From NCBI GenBank assembly GCA_022865305.1, contig JALHSP010000160.1:6771-70770 (forward strand): a stretch of 64,000 bases of DNA, read 5' to 3'. Origin of the DNA: Bacteroidales bacterium (GTDB lineage Bacteria > Bacteroidota > Bacteroidia > Bacteroidales > VadinHA17). Below, one piece after another: positions 38,161 through 48,705 of this stretch (the stretch's first letter is position 1; every line of letters begins with the position of its first letter). The notes beneath the pieces were generated by a model. The model ran no database searches. It saw only the letters and a list, made by a program, of their open reading frames with translations, and had not been told where the DNA came from. The position numbers and the translations under genes are program-made.

Positions 38161-39201
38161 TTAGAAAGCTGTCTTGAATTGCTCCAGGAACCTGATATCA
38201 TTTTCAAAATAGAGCCTGAGATCATTCACCTGGTATTTTAACATTGCTGGTCTTTCAATTCCCATTCCGAAAGCAAAACCTGTATATTTCCTGCTGTCAA
38301 TATTGCAGGCTTCCAGAACAGCAGGATGAACCATTCCACAGCCCAAAACCTCGAGCCAGCCTGTATATTTACAGACATTACATCCTTTTCCGCTGCAAAT
38401 TGTACAACTTACGTCCATCTCTCCGGAGGGCTCGGTAAATGGGAAATATGAAGGTCTGAGTCTTATCTCAGTCTTTTTGCCGTACATTTCACGGGCAAAA
38501 AACAGCAATGTCTGCTTCAGGTCTGCAAAAGAGACATTTTCATCAATATAAAGACCTTCAACCTGATGAAAAATACAATGGGCTCTTGCCGAAATGGCTT
38601 CATTACGGAAAACCCGACCTGGTGAAATTGTACGGATCGGAGGCTTTTGATGCTCCATTACTCTTACCTGTACAGATGAAGTCTGCGTGCGTAATAAAAT
38701 ATCTTCAGGACTGGAATCTTCAGCGGAAATCCTTGATATATAAAAGGTATCCTGCATATCCCTGGCAGGATGCTCCGGGGCAAAGTTCAAATTCGTAAAT
38801 ACATGGTCATCATCTTCAATCTCAGGTCCCTCTGAAATAGTGAAGCCTATCCTCTCAAAAATTCCAATTATTTCGTTCCTGATTATTGAAATAGGATGAC
38901 GTGAACCAAGAAACCAAGGATAAGCCGGCCGGGTCAGATCATTGATATGCAGAGTGTCTTGAGCCGAGTGGAGTTCTGTTTTAAGGGCATTATACTTTTC
39001 GAGCGCTTTTTGTTTTAAAAGGTTCAGTTTCTGCCCGATATCTTTTTTTTCAGCAGCTGGCACATTCCTGAAATCATCAAAAAGATCCGGAATAAGTCCT
39101 TTTTTGCTTAAAAACTTCAGACGGAATGCTTCAAGGTCTTCATGACCTTTAATAGAACAGGAAGAGATTTGAGAAAGAAGGTTATTTATCTTATCAAGCA
39201 T
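38161..39201 (-). CDS. pheS: Phenylalanine--tRNA ligase alpha subunit
   Basis: Class II motifs (HPARDMQDTFY, FRNE, GFAFGMGIERPAML); 346 aa. Confidence 0.95.
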   Translation of the reverse strand: MLDKINNLLSQISSCSIKGHEDLEAFRLKFLSKKGLIPDLFDDFRNVPAAEKKDIGQKLNLLKQKALEKYNALKTELHSAQDTLHINDLTRPAYPWFLGSRHPISIIRNEIIGIFERIGFTISEGPEIEDDDHVFTNLNFAPEHPARDMQDTFYISRISAEDSSPEDILLRTQTSSVQVRVMEHQKPPIRTISPGRVFRNEAISARAHCIFHQVEGLYIDENVSFADLKQTLLFFAREMYGKKTEIRLRPSYFPFTEPSGEMDVSCTICSGKGCNVCKYTGWLEVLGCGMVHPAVLEACNIDSRKYTGFAFGMGIERPAMLKYQVNDLRLYFENDIRFLEQFKTAF

Positions 39202-39230
39202 TAAACAGACGTTTTGAATTAAATACTCAA

Positions 39231-40046
39231 TTATTTACTCTCGATTTTTATTTTAATGATTTTTATATCATTTAAAGGTTTGTCGGTATTATATGTTTTC
39301 ACAGCAGCAATTTTGTCGACAACATCCAGTCCTTCAATAACCTCTCCGAAAACAGTGTAAGTACCGTCAAGGCGAGGAACACCGCCTGAATTCCGGTAAA
39401 CAATACGCTGATCATCAGGTATTTTGTAATCTTCGTTGGTGGAAAGATACTGGAACATTTTAAGTGAAGCATTTTCCTGTATCTCTGCATCAGTAAGAGA
39501 CTTTCCGGATAGGCGCGCACTGTCAGCAACCTGCCTGACAATTTTGTTGAACATCGCTTGCTTAATATTGCTGTTTATGCGTTGCTCTGCCAGATTCAGT
39601 TCATCATCGTTATGTTTGGTTCCCTGAACAATATAAAACTGTGTTCCCGAAGACCTCATTTCAGGATTAACATCATTTCCCTCACGGGCGGCGGCCAACG
39701 ATCCTTTTTTATGAAAATAACTCCTGTTAAATTCAGAAGGAATAGAATAGGTATTAAGCGAATCAGCATTTGAAGGAATAGGGACATTCCTTGTTGCAGG
39801 ATCTCCGGCCTGTATCATAAAGCTGTTGATTACGCGGTGAAATGAAACTCCCTCATAGAAGCCTGAATTGATAAGCTTTATGAAATTATCACGATGAACA
39901 GGAGTCCCGTCATAAAGCATGATTTTTAAGTCACCAAGGGTTGTTTTTATAGTGATAATGGTATTCTCATTTCCGCCAGGTGCATTGCAATAAAGAGCAA
40001 AGAAAAATATTGGAAGGACCAGAATCATTTTGAATATTTTGTTCAT
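39231..40046 (-). CDS. Peptidylprolyl isomerase, cyclophilin type, secreted
   Basis: FHRVINSFMIQAGDP and GTQFYIV motifs. I chose the Met at 40046 (MNKIFKMILVLPIFFF signal) because a -7 box sits at 40089-40096, overlapping the listed TTG start (40091). Confidence 0.85.
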   Translation of the reverse strand: MNKIFKMILVLPIFFFALYCNAPGGNENTIITIKTTLGDLKIMLYDGTPVHRDNFIKLINSGFYEGVSFHRVINSFMIQAGDPATRNVPIPSNADSLNTYSIPSEFNRSYFHKKGSLAAAREGNDVNPEMRSSGTQFYIVQGTKHNDDELNLAEQRINSNIKQAMFNKIVRQVADSARLSGKSLTDAEIQENASLKMFQYLSTNEDYKIPDDQRIVYRNSGGVPRLDGTYTVFGEVIEGLDVVDKIAAVKTYNTDKPLNDIKIIKIKIESK

Positions 40047-40088
40047 GAATATTATTTTTTGGTTAATAATGTTTTGCAAATACGAAAG

Positions 40089-40096
40089 CAAAGATA
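40089..40096 (-). promoter_or_regulatory. -7 box (TATCTTTG on the minus strand) for the cyclophilin gene
   Basis: CAAAGATA on the + strand, 43 nt upstream of ATG 40046. Confidence 0.4.
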
Positions 40097-40190
40097 TTTA
40101 ACTTTGCCCGATCACGAAAGAAATGGATTTCAAATTAATACTGATCTGTTTTAATTTATTTTAGAAACCAAAAAATTTAATCTGTAAAAC

Positions 40191-40198
40191 TATCTTTG
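40191..40198 (+). promoter_or_regulatory. -7 box TATCTTTG for the flippase-dut operon
   Basis: Exact TAnnTTTG, 17 nt before ATG 40215. Confidence 0.4.
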
Positions 40199-40214
40199 GA
40201 GACAGCTTTTAAAG

Positions 40215-41690
40215 ATGAATGAAGTCAGAACATTGGCAAAGCAAACTGCGATTTATGGCTTTGGTACAATTATTCCAAGGTTCCTGAACTATGGTATACT
40301 GACATTCTTCTATACTCGGATCTTTGAAAAAGCAGAATATGGAGTTGTGACTGAACTCTATGCATGGATGGTACTGCTGCTTATTATACTGACCTATGGC
40401 ATGGAAACAGGATTCTTCAGGTTTGCCCAGAAGAAGGAGGATTACGAAAAAGTCTACAGCACAGCTCTAATAAGCCTTTTTATTACCTCGTCATTATTTC
40501 TGGTTTTTGTAAATGTTTTTATTGGTCCTGTGTCGGAAGCCTTAAATTATAGCAACAATCACGATTATATAAGAATGTTTGCCGCTATTATCGCTATTGA
40601 TGCATTTACAGCAATCCCATTTGCGAGACTAAGAAAAGAAAACAAGCCCGTTGTATTCAGCATAATAAAAATAGCAAATGTCATTATAACAATAGTTGCT
40701 GTATTGTTTCTGTTGGTTATTGCACCAGGGATATATGAAAAAAGCACTGGCTGGTTCAGGGTAATGTACGATCCTGCTTACAGGGTTGGATATGTCTTTG
40801 TAGCCAACCTGGTTGGAAGCTCAGCAACACTTCTTATGATGTTACCGTATATTTTAGATGTAAGACTGGTTTTTAACAGATCAATATGGTATCGACTGAT
40901 CAATTATTCTTTCCCGCTGCTGATAGCCGGATTAAGCGGTTCAATAAATGATGTTCTGGATAAAGTTATTATAAGAAGAGTAATAGGAGAAGAATCGGGA
41001 CTTGAGACAGTTGGAGAATATGGTGCTGGATATAAAATTGCAGTTTTGATGGCGCTCTTTATTCAGATGTTCAGATTTGCAGCAGAACCTTTCTTTTTTG
41101 AAAGGGCCAGGCATGAGAATGCAAAAGAAACGTATGCATATATTATGAAATATTTTATAATTATAATGCTGGTAGTATTTCTTGGGATAAATTTATATTT
41201 GTCAGGAATTCAATTTATTATTGGAAAAGATTTCCGTGAATCAATAATAGTAGTTCCGATTGTAAGCATGGGATATCTGTTGTACGGGATTTATATAAAC
41301 CATAGTATATGGTACAAACTTAACGACCTTACAAAATATGGCATTTATATAACACTGATTGGCGCTGTAATAACGATCCTTATTAATGTGCTGCTTATTC
41401 CGGTATATGGATATATGGCCTCCGCCTGGGCACACGTTGCAGCATATGGTACAATGATAGTTTTATCTTTCATTTTTGCCGAAAAGCATTATAAGATTGA
41501 TTATAACTTAAAGGAAATTATTCCTTATTTTATTTTAGCAATTGGAATGGTTATTCTGAGCCGGATATTAAATTATGCGAACTTAATTACAGAAATAACG
41601 ATAAATACTATCTTTCTGATAATATTTTGTGTTTTTGCTCAACATCGGGATTGTATGTTCACGGTATTATTCAGGAAGGGAGGAATATGA
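40215..41690 (+). CDS. Oligosaccharide flippase (MOP/Wzx-like polysaccharide biosynthesis protein)
   Basis: 491 aa with about 14 hydrophobic segments, in the layout typical of Polysacc_synt proteins. Confidence 0.7.
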   Translation: MNEVRTLAKQTAIYGFGTIIPRFLNYGILTFFYTRIFEKAEYGVVTELYAWMVLLLIILTYGMETGFFRFAQKKEDYEKVYSTALISLFITSSLFLVFVNVFIGPVSEALNYSNNHDYIRMFAAIIAIDAFTAIPFARLRKENKPVVFSIIKIANVIITIVAVLFLLVIAPGIYEKSTGWFRVMYDPAYRVGYVFVANLVGSSATLLMMLPYILDVRLVFNRSIWYRLINYSFPLLIAGLSGSINDVLDKVIIRRVIGEESGLETVGEYGAGYKIAVLMALFIQMFRFAAEPFFFERARHENAKETYAYIMKYFIIIMLVVFLGINLYLSGIQFIIGKDFRESIIVVPIVSMGYLLYGIYINHSIWYKLNDLTKYGIYITLIGAVITILINVLLIPVYGYMASAWAHVAAYGTMIVLSFIFAEKHYKIDYNLKEIIPYFILAIGMVILSRILNYANLITEITINTIFLIIFCVFAQHRDCMFTVLFRKGGI

Positions 41691-42121
41691 AAATAAAGAT
41701 AATTAATAAATCAAAGCATAAATTACCGGAGTACTCGACGGACGCATCGGCCGGAATGGATTTAAGAGCAAATATTGACAACGAAATAGTTTTAAAGCCG
41801 ATGCAAAGAGTGCTGGTGCCAACAGGGTTGTTTGTAGAAATCCCTGTTGGTTATGAAGCCCAGATCAGGCCAAGAAGCGGACTGGCAATAAGCAAAGGTA
41901 TAACAGTACTGAACGCACCAGGGACAATCGATGCAGATTACAGGGGTGAAGTATGTATTATACTGATAAACTTATCTGAGGAAAATTTCGTTATAAAAGA
42001 TGGGGAAAGAATATGCCAGATGATAATAGCAAAACATGAAAAAGCGGAATGGATAAATACAGAAAGGCTTGTTGAAACCGACAGGGGTTCTGGAGGATTC
42101 GGGCACACAGGCAAAAAGTAA
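41687..42121 (+). CDS. dut: dUTP diphosphatase
   Basis: AGMDLRA, RPRSGLA and [10 protein letters not shown] motifs. The ATG at 41687 overlaps the flippase stop (ATGA); the listed 41627 start is upstream read-through. Confidence 0.92.
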   Translation: MKIKIINKSKHKLPEYSTDASAGMDLRANIDNEIVLKPMQRVLVPTGLFVEIPVGYEAQIRPRSGLAISKGITVLNAPGTIDADYRGEVCIILINLSEENFVIKDGERICQMIIAKHEKAEWINTERLVETDRGSGGFGHTGKK

Positions 42122-42123
42122 TT

Positions 42124-43851
42124 ATGAAAAAAGTTAAGTGGTTTTTTATATTAACGGGTTTAATTCTTATTAGCATTTTTTCTTGCGGAAAAAAGATAGT
42201 TCCTGCATTGGTTGCTGGAAAAATTAGTAAAACATTCGATTCAGCTGCTTTTGATTATATATATGTAGAGGCAATTAAGGAAAAACTTATGGGAAATAGC
42301 GGAGAAGCACTAAAAGATTTCGAACAAAGCTTAGAGCTAAATCCGGAAAGCGATGCTGCTTATTATCAAATGGCACAGATTTTAATTGCAAACAGGGATA
42401 TTAAAAATGGTAAAAAATATGCATTAAAGGCAGTATCAATAGAGCCTGAAAATATCTGGTATTTAATGATGCTGGCAGGAACATATTATCAGGAAAAGAA
42501 TCTGGACAGCGCCATAATATATTACGAAAAAGCTGTTAAATATTATCCAGAAAAAGAAAGTTTGCGTCTGACACTGGGAAATCTATATTCAGAAAATAAG
42601 AATTATGATAAAGCAAGCGAAATTTTTAACGCCCTGGACAAAAAATATGGAATAAATGAAGCATCTACTTTATCAACAGTAAAAAATTTAATGTTTGCCG
42701 GAGATTACGGTAAAGCGCTAGAGAGAATACTGTTGCTGTTAAAGCAATATCCGGATGAAATTTTATATAATGGTCTTCTGGCGGAAATTTATCGCGGTAA
42801 GGGAGAAAAGGAAAAAGCAATGGAAGTATATAACCAGCTTATACAGAGAAATCCCGATAATCCTGAAACACTTCTTTCACTTTGCGATTTCCTTATTAAA
42901 GAAAAGATATATGATGAATTTCTACAATTGCTGGATACGATTGTTCTTAATACAAAGATTTCAAGAGAAGATAAAATCGCATTATTTGCACAGCTGACTG
43001 AAGAATCTGATCTAATTAAGGCTTATGGCGATAAATTACAGTTGACTTTTACGGTTCTTGAATCAACATATGAAAATGATGAAATTATTGTACTCCTGAG
43101 ACCGGAATTGTCAATAAAGCAGGGTAAATTGGACGATGCTGCATTAAGGCTTGAAGAAATAATTAAGAAACAACCGGAAAACTATTATGCATGGGAGAAA
43201 TTATTGCTTGTTTATCTTCAACAAGGTGATTATAAAAAGTTACTGGTAAAAGGCGAGGAGTGTGCAACTAAATTTAACAGATCTTTTCTGGCTAAATTAT
43301 TATATGCCAATGGTGCAATGGAGAATGGAAAATTTATCGTCGCACTGGAAGAGTTAAGAAAAGCAAATATACTTGCTGGTGAAAATAAGGATTTAATTAT
43401 GCAGGTACTTAGTATGAAGGCGTCTGTTTATTACAAAATGAAAGATTTAACGAATACTTTTGAAACATTTGAAGAAGCTCTAAAGAATAACAGTGAAGAT
43501 CTGACTATATTAAATAATTATGCATACTACCTTGCTGAACAGAATATGAGACTTAAAGAAGCAGAAATAATGGCAGGTAAAGTAATTGAAAAGGAGAAAA
43601 CGAATGCTACATTTCTGGATACATATGCATGGGTGCTTTACAAAAGGGGAAAATTAAAGGAAGCTGCAAAAATTATGGAATCTATAATTAAAAATAAAGA
43701 AGAAAATGATGCTGAATATTTAGAACATTATGGTTACATCCTGAAGAAGCAGAAGAATTGTGCAAAAGCGACAGAAAACTGGAAAAAGGCAATTGAACTT
43801 GATAGTACAAAGACAAATTTATTAAAGGAGATTGAAAATTGCATAAAGTAG
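42124..43851 (+). CDS. Tetratricopeptide-repeat lipoprotein
   Basis: Lipoprotein signal (LISIFSCGK) and many TPR-like A..Y...G.Y..A repeats. Confidence 0.8.
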   Translation: MKKVKWFFILTGLILISIFSCGKKIVPALVAGKISKTFDSAAFDYIYVEAIKEKLMGNSGEALKDFEQSLELNPESDAAYYQMAQILIANRDIKNGKKYALKAVSIEPENIWYLMMLAGTYYQEKNLDSAIIYYEKAVKYYPEKESLRLTLGNLYSENKNYDKASEIFNALDKKYGINEASTLSTVKNLMFAGDYGKALERILLLLKQYPDEILYNGLLAEIYRGKGEKEKAMEVYNQLIQRNPDNPETLLSLCDFLIKEKIYDEFLQLLDTIVLNTKISREDKIALFAQLTEESDLIKAYGDKLQLTFTVLESTYENDEIIVLLRPELSIKQGKLDDAALRLEEIIKKQPENYYAWEKLLLVYLQQGDYKKLLVKGEECATKFNRSFLAKLLYANGAMENGKFIVALEELRKANILAGENKDLIMQVLSMKASVYYKMKDLTNTFETFEEALKNNSEDLTILNNYAYYLAEQNMRLKEAEIMAGKVIEKEKTNATFLDTYAWVLYKRGKLKEAAKIMESIIKNKEENDAEYLEHYGYILKKQKNCAKATENWKKAIELDSTKTNLLKEIENCIK

Positions 43852-44606
43852 GATGGATAATAGCTTTAGTTTTTTTATACATAACAGGTTGTTCAACAGC
43901 AAGACGATCAGCAAATAGTATAAAAAATCAGGGTGATAAAATAATATTAGCCGACTTATATGGTAATGTCCGGAAATTTAACATTACGAATAATGATTTT
44001 TATATTAAGAAAGCTGAAATTGAAGTTTATAATAATAATGAAAAACAAAAATTACTGGGGAGCATAAAATACAAAAAATCAGGTGAATACCTGCTTAGTA
44101 TAAAGTTAAAAAATGGAATTGAAGCAGCAAGATTCTATTTATCGAAAGATACTATATTGATAAACGACAGAATTAACAAAACACTGTACTATGGTTCTCC
44201 GGAATATCTGGAAAAGAAATATGGTATAGCTATTTCTTTTCTTCCGTTCTTGTTAGGAGATTTTAGCGAAGAGAATGAAATTCTAAAAATGGAAGAACAA
44301 TGCGTCAAGGGTCAGATGGGCATTGAAAGCAGTATAAAAGAAAAGAAATTGCAATTAGTAATTGATTGTGAGCTGATAAAGATTAGACAGTTACAACTTG
44401 AAAATATCGACAAATCGGCTGGCATTAATATGGAATTTGAAGATTTTTATAAAACAGAAACAATAGAATTTCCGCGAAGCATTAGAATTGAAGATTTCAT
44501 GAGTGAATCAGTTATAAAAATATTTATAAGAAAAATAGAAATACCCTGGGAAGGAGTGTTAGAGTTTATAGGTGGAAATAATTATGAAACTGTGATGCTT
44601 CGATGA
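43839..44606 (+). CDS. DUF4292-like (LolB-like) lipoprotein
   Basis: Lipoprotein signal (LYITGCS). Its position between the TPR protein and the M23/EnvC protein is conserved in Bacteroidota. TTG start. Confidence 0.6.
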   Translation: MHKVGWIIALVFLYITGCSTARRSANSIKNQGDKIILADLYGNVRKFNITNNDFYIKKAEIEVYNNNEKQKLLGSIKYKKSGEYLLSIKLKNGIEAARFYLSKDTILINDRINKTLYYGSPEYLEKKYGIAISFLPFLLGDFSEENEILKMEEQCVKGQMGIESSIKEKKLQLVIDCELIKIRQLQLENIDKSAGINMEFEDFYKTETIEFPRSIRIEDFMSESVIKIFIRKIEIPWEGVLEFIGGNNYETVMLR

Positions 44607-45781
44607 GATATTTTATTGTTTTAAATATTGTTTTATTTTGTTCTGTTGGAATTTTATACGGGCAAACAAAAGCTGAACTAGAAGAAAAAAGAAAAAAGAC
44701 TCTTGAGGAAATAAGTTATGTTGATAATCTGCTGAAAAACACGGCTAAAGAAAAGAACGAAAGCCTGAATGCGTTAAGAATAATTGGTAATAAACTGAAT
44801 CTCCGGGAATCTGTAATAAAAGGCCTGGGAGAAGAAATATCTCTTTTAAATGAGAGGATTAAATTGAATCAGCTTGCTATTGATATGATAGAAAAGGATC
44901 TCGTTATACTGAAGAATGATTATTCGAGAACAATATTAAGTTCATATAAGGCAAAAAAAATTAACCAGGAAATTATTTATATTTTATCAGCAAAAGACTT
45001 TAACCAGGGATATAAAAGACTGAAATATCTGCAGCAAGTCACGAAATACAGGAGAAATGAGTCAGAAATTATTGCAGAACTCAAAAGCCAGATAGAAGAT
45101 ACAAAGGAAAGGCTTGAAAATGATTTGCAAAGAATTACCGATCTTAAAGGCGGTGAAGAGATACAGAAAAATTTACTTCAGGGTGAAAAGACCAGAAAGC
45201 AAAAAATTGTAAATTCTCTGGGGAAAAAAGAACAACAGCTTAAAAAGGAGCTTGAAGACAAGAAGAGGATAGCTAAGCAAATAGAAAGTGAAATTGTACG
45301 ACTGATTGCAGAAGAGCGGAAGAAAAGCCTGAAAACTGAAATGACTCCTGAACAAAAGCTGATCAGTGATAACTTTTCTGAAAATAGAGGAAGACTTCCA
45401 TGGCCTGTAGAGAGGGGAATAATAACAGGACATTTCGGAGTACATCAGCACCCGGTTTTAAAATATGTAACAGTTAATAACAAAGGAATAGAGATTACAA
45501 GTTCAGGAAGAACCAAAGCAAGAAGCATTTTTAAAGGTGAAATAGCAAAAGTATTTGCAATACAAGGAGCAAATTGGACTATAATAGTAAAGCATGGGAA
45601 ATATCTTTCGGTTTATACGAATATAATAAATGTTAAAGTTCAAAAAGGAGATAAAGTTGAAACAAAACAGGAGCTGGGTGATGTATTTGTAGATCCGGGA
45701 GCAGAAAATAATTGTATATTGAAATTTATGATATTTGAACAGGATTATCTGGATCCTGAATTGTGGATTGCAAAAATTTAG
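44603..45781 (+). CDS. EnvC-like murein hydrolase activator with a degenerate LytM (M23) domain
   Basis: Long N-terminal coiled coil plus a C-terminal LytM fold. The metal ligands are replaced: NKGIEI for HxGxDI, YTNI for YxHL, LKFMIF for LHFEI. Confidence 0.75.
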   Translation: MRYFIVLNIVLFCSVGILYGQTKAELEEKRKKTLEEISYVDNLLKNTAKEKNESLNALRIIGNKLNLRESVIKGLGEEISLLNERIKLNQLAIDMIEKDLVILKNDYSRTILSSYKAKKINQEIIYILSAKDFNQGYKRLKYLQQVTKYRRNESEIIAELKSQIEDTKERLENDLQRITDLKGGEEIQKNLLQGEKTRKQKIVNSLGKKEQQLKKELEDKKRIAKQIESEIVRLIAEERKKSLKTEMTPEQKLISDNFSENRGRLPWPVERGIITGHFGVHQHPVLKYVTVNNKGIEITSSGRTKARSIFKGEIAKVFAIQGANWTIIVKHGKYLSVYTNIINVKVQKGDKVETKQELGDVFVDPGAENNCILKFMIFEQDYLDPELWIAKI

Positions 45782-45839
45782 TATAAAGAATGAAACAAAT
45801 TATTACGATATTAGTATAATGTTGTGTATTCATTGAAAT

Positions 45840-46262
45840 ATGTTTAAGAAGATTAAGATAGGATCTGAAATAGGTAATCTGAGAGTTGTAGAGAATGTAA
45901 TTGATAATATGATTAATGAAATAGGTATTAATCAGGACAATTACGGAAAAATTCTTGTTTCAACTCTGGAAGCGGTAAATAACGCTATTATACATGGGAA
46001 TAAATCTGATTTGAACAAACTCGTGAAAATTGATATCTTCTTTAAAAATAACAATCTTAAAGTGACAGTAACGGATGAAGGAAAAGGATTCAAGCCTTCA
46101 GATGTCCCGGATCCGACAAAACCGGAAAATATTGAAAATATTACAGGCAGGGGCGTTTTTCTAATGTCAAATCTTGCTGACAATATTAAGTTTAATCGTA
46201 AAGGGAACAGCGTCACCATGACATTCCAGAATATAATATCTCAAAATCCGAAAAGTAAATAG
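45840..46262 (+). CDS. RsbW/SpoIIAB-like ATP-binding protein (HATPase_c_2 anti-sigma-factor kinase fold)
   Basis: N-box EAVNNAIIHGN and G-boxes DEGKGF / GRGVFLM; 140 aa. Confidence 0.65.
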   Translation: MFKKIKIGSEIGNLRVVENVIDNMINEIGINQDNYGKILVSTLEAVNNAIIHGNKSDLNKLVKIDIFFKNNNLKVTVTDEGKGFKPSDVPDPTKPENIENITGRGVFLMSNLADNIKFNRKGNSVTMTFQNIISQNPKSK

Positions 46263-46357
46263 TATAAATTGGATTACAAGGACTAAGTAGCCTTGAGAGA
46301 TTTATTAAATCATAAACAATTAGTTTTTCTATTTAATTTTTAAAGATATTATTCATA

Positions 46358-46783
46358 ATGAATATAAAAATTTTCTATGATGAGGTTAAATTCAGAATGA
46401 AGGATTGGAAGAAGCTTGTAGAGATCATTGAAAGAATTATTATAAAAGAGAATAGAACACCAGGGGATTTAAATTTTGTTATAACAAACGATAAAAGTTT
46501 AAAGAAGATAAATATTAAATTTCTGAAGCATCACTATTTTACAGATGTAATAGCATTTGATTATAATGAAAAAAATATTGTTAACGGGGAAATCTATATA
46601 AGTCTGGATACAGTAAAACGGAACTCAGTCAACTATAAAGTTAGTTTAAAGTCTGAGATGGTAAGAGTAATAATTCATGGAATTCTTCATTTGTGTGGTT
46701 ATGATGATAAAACAAGTGAAGAAAAAGTGGTTATAAAAAGAATGGAAGAAATATGGATGGGTATATATTTTAGAGATAATTAA
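46358..46783 (+). CDS. ybeY: rRNA maturation RNase YbeY
   Basis: HGILHLCGYDD zinc-binding motif; 141 aa. Confidence 0.9.
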   Translation: MNIKIFYDEVKFRMKDWKKLVEIIERIIIKENRTPGDLNFVITNDKSLKKINIKFLKHHYFTDVIAFDYNEKNIVNGEIYISLDTVKRNSVNYKVSLKSEMVRVIIHGILHLCGYDDKTSEEKVVIKRMEEIWMGIYFRDN

Positions 46784-48658
46784 ATGAAATTTAACTATGA
46801 TATAATTGTAGTTGGTGGAGGACATGCAGGATGTGAAGCTGCGCATGCTGCTGCTGTTATGGGTGCAAGGACGTTGCTTGTAACAATGGACATGACAAAA
46901 CTGGCGCAAATGTCATGTAACCCTGCAATGGGAGGCATAGCAAAAGGACAGATAATAAGAGAAATCGATGCTCTGGGAGGAATGAGCGGGCTGATAACTG
47001 ACAGAAGCATGATTCAGTTCAGGATGCTTAACAGATCAAAAGGACCGGCAATGTGGAGTCCTAGAGCACAATGTGACAGGCAAGAATTTACAATAGAATG
47101 GAGAAAAGCAATTGAACAGACAAATAACCTGTATATATGGCAGGAACAGGCAAGCAATCTGATTTTAAAAGGCAGCTATGCTATAGGAATAGAGACATCA
47201 TTCGGAACAAGATTTTTTTCTTCTGCTGTAATACTTACAAACGGAACATTTCTGAACGGATTAATGCATGTTGGTTTTAAGAAAATAAAAGGAGGCAGAT
47301 CCGGAGAACAATCTTCAACAGGGTTAAGCGAACAATTAAGAGAAATAGGATTTATTGTTGAAAGAATGAAAACCGGAACAAGTGCAAGGATAGACGGAAG
47401 AACAGTCGATTTTGATAAAATGACTGAACAGAAGGGAGACGATGAGAACAGGACATTTTCATTTATGAGTAAAGATGGAGAGATAGTTAATCCTAAAAGC
47501 TGTTTTATTACACATACAAATAAGGAAGTTCACGAAGAATTAAGAAAAGGATTGAAATTTAGTCCTTTGTTTACAGGAAGAATAAAAGGTCGTGGTCCAA
47601 GATACTGTCCAAGCATTGAAGACAAAATTGTAACTTTTAAAGAGAGGGATACTCATCAGCTTTTTATTGAACCGGAAGGTAGAGATACAATTGAATACTA
47701 CGTAAACGGTTTTTCAAGCAGCTTACCGCTTGAATCTCAGCTGAAAGCTTTAAGAAAAGTAAAAGGATTGGAAAATGTAGAACTCTTCAGACCGGGATAT
47801 GCAATAGAATATGATTTTTTTCAGCCAACGCAATTATTGCATACACTTGAAACAAAAAAGATAAAAAATCTGTACTTCGCAGGGCAAATTAATGGAACTA
47901 CAGGATATGAGGAGGCAGCAGCCCAGGGAATTATTGCAGGCATTAACGCTGTTTTAAAATTGAAAGGGAAAGAGAGTTTTATTTTAGGAAGAGAAGAATC
48001 CTATATAGGAGTATTAGTTGATGATCTTGTGACGAAAGGTGTTGATGAACCCTACAGGATGTTTACGTCAAGAGCGGAATACAGAATATTATTACGACAG
48101 GATAATGCTGACGAAAGATTAACAAGAAAAGGATTTAAAATAGGAACCGCGGGAAAAGAAAGAATTGAAAGACTGGAAGAAAAAGAAATTTTAGTTAAGG
48201 AAATAGTAAATTTCTTATCGGAGAAAAGTATTGATCCATCCGATATAAACGAGTACCTGGAGAGCATTGAAACAAGTGGAATTAATCAAAAGGTAAAAGC
48301 AATAAATATAGCTGCCAGGCCACAGGTGGAAATAAAAGAATTCTTAAATAAGATAAAAGGAAGTAAAAAATTAAAAGCAATAAAATCAGATAGACTTAAT
48401 GAAATTGGAGAATGTACTGAGATTAAAATAAAGTATGAAGGATATATAAAGAGAGAAAAGATAGTTGCAGAAAAAATAAAAAGGCTGGAAGGTCTTAAGA
48501 TACCGGATGACATAAATTACAATGAACTATTATCAATTTCAACAGAAGGCAGACAAAAGCTTAGCAGAATAAAGCCTGTAAGCATTGGTCAGGCAGGAAG
48601 AATAAGCGGAGTATCACCTTCAGATATAAATATATTATTAATGTATCTGGGAAGATAA
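46784..48658 (+). CDS. mnmG: tRNA uridine-5-carboxymethylaminomethyl(34) synthesis enzyme MnmG
   Basis: VVGGGHAGCEAA, GPRYCPSIEDK and the conserved C-terminal domain; 624 aa. Confidence 0.97.
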   Translation: MKFNYDIIVVGGGHAGCEAAHAAAVMGARTLLVTMDMTKLAQMSCNPAMGGIAKGQIIREIDALGGMSGLITDRSMIQFRMLNRSKGPAMWSPRAQCDRQEFTIEWRKAIEQTNNLYIWQEQASNLILKGSYAIGIETSFGTRFFSSAVILTNGTFLNGLMHVGFKKIKGGRSGEQSSTGLSEQLREIGFIVERMKTGTSARIDGRTVDFDKMTEQKGDDENRTFSFMSKDGEIVNPKSCFITHTNKEVHEELRKGLKFSPLFTGRIKGRGPRYCPSIEDKIVTFKERDTHQLFIEPEGRDTIEYYVNGFSSSLPLESQLKALRKVKGLENVELFRPGYAIEYDFFQPTQLLHTLETKKIKNLYFAGQINGTTGYEEAAAQGIIAGINAVLKLKGKESFILGREESYIGVLVDDLVTKGVDEPYRMFTSRAEYRILLRQDNADERLTRKGFKIGTAGKERIERLEEKEILVKEIVNFLSEKSIDPSDINEYLESIETSGINQKVKAINIAARPQVEIKEFLNKIKGSKKLKAIKSDRLNEIGECTEIKIKYEGYIKREKIVAEKIKRLEGLKIPDDINYNELLSISTEGRQKLSRIKPVSIGQAGRISGVSPSDINILLMYLGR

Positions 48659-48660
48659 AT

Positions 48661-48676
48661 TGTTCCACGTGGAACA
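48661..48676. repeat. Perfect 16-nt palindrome TGTTCCACGTGGAACA (copy 1): candidate terminator hairpin or operator
   Basis: Starts 3 nt after the mnmG stop, and its 3' end lies 30 nt before ade ATG 48706. Half-sites TGTTC / GAACA are separated by 6 nt (CRP/FNR-like geometry). Confidence 0.6.
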
Positions 48677-48705
48677 TTATTTTGTAAAATCAAAAATATA
48701 TTTAA

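Noticed and set aside
48659-48705. A purine riboswitch upstream of adenine deaminase.
   Set aside because: Only 47 nt separate mnmG and ade, which is too short for the roughly 70-nt aptamer plus expression platform. None of the conserved aptamer strings is present.
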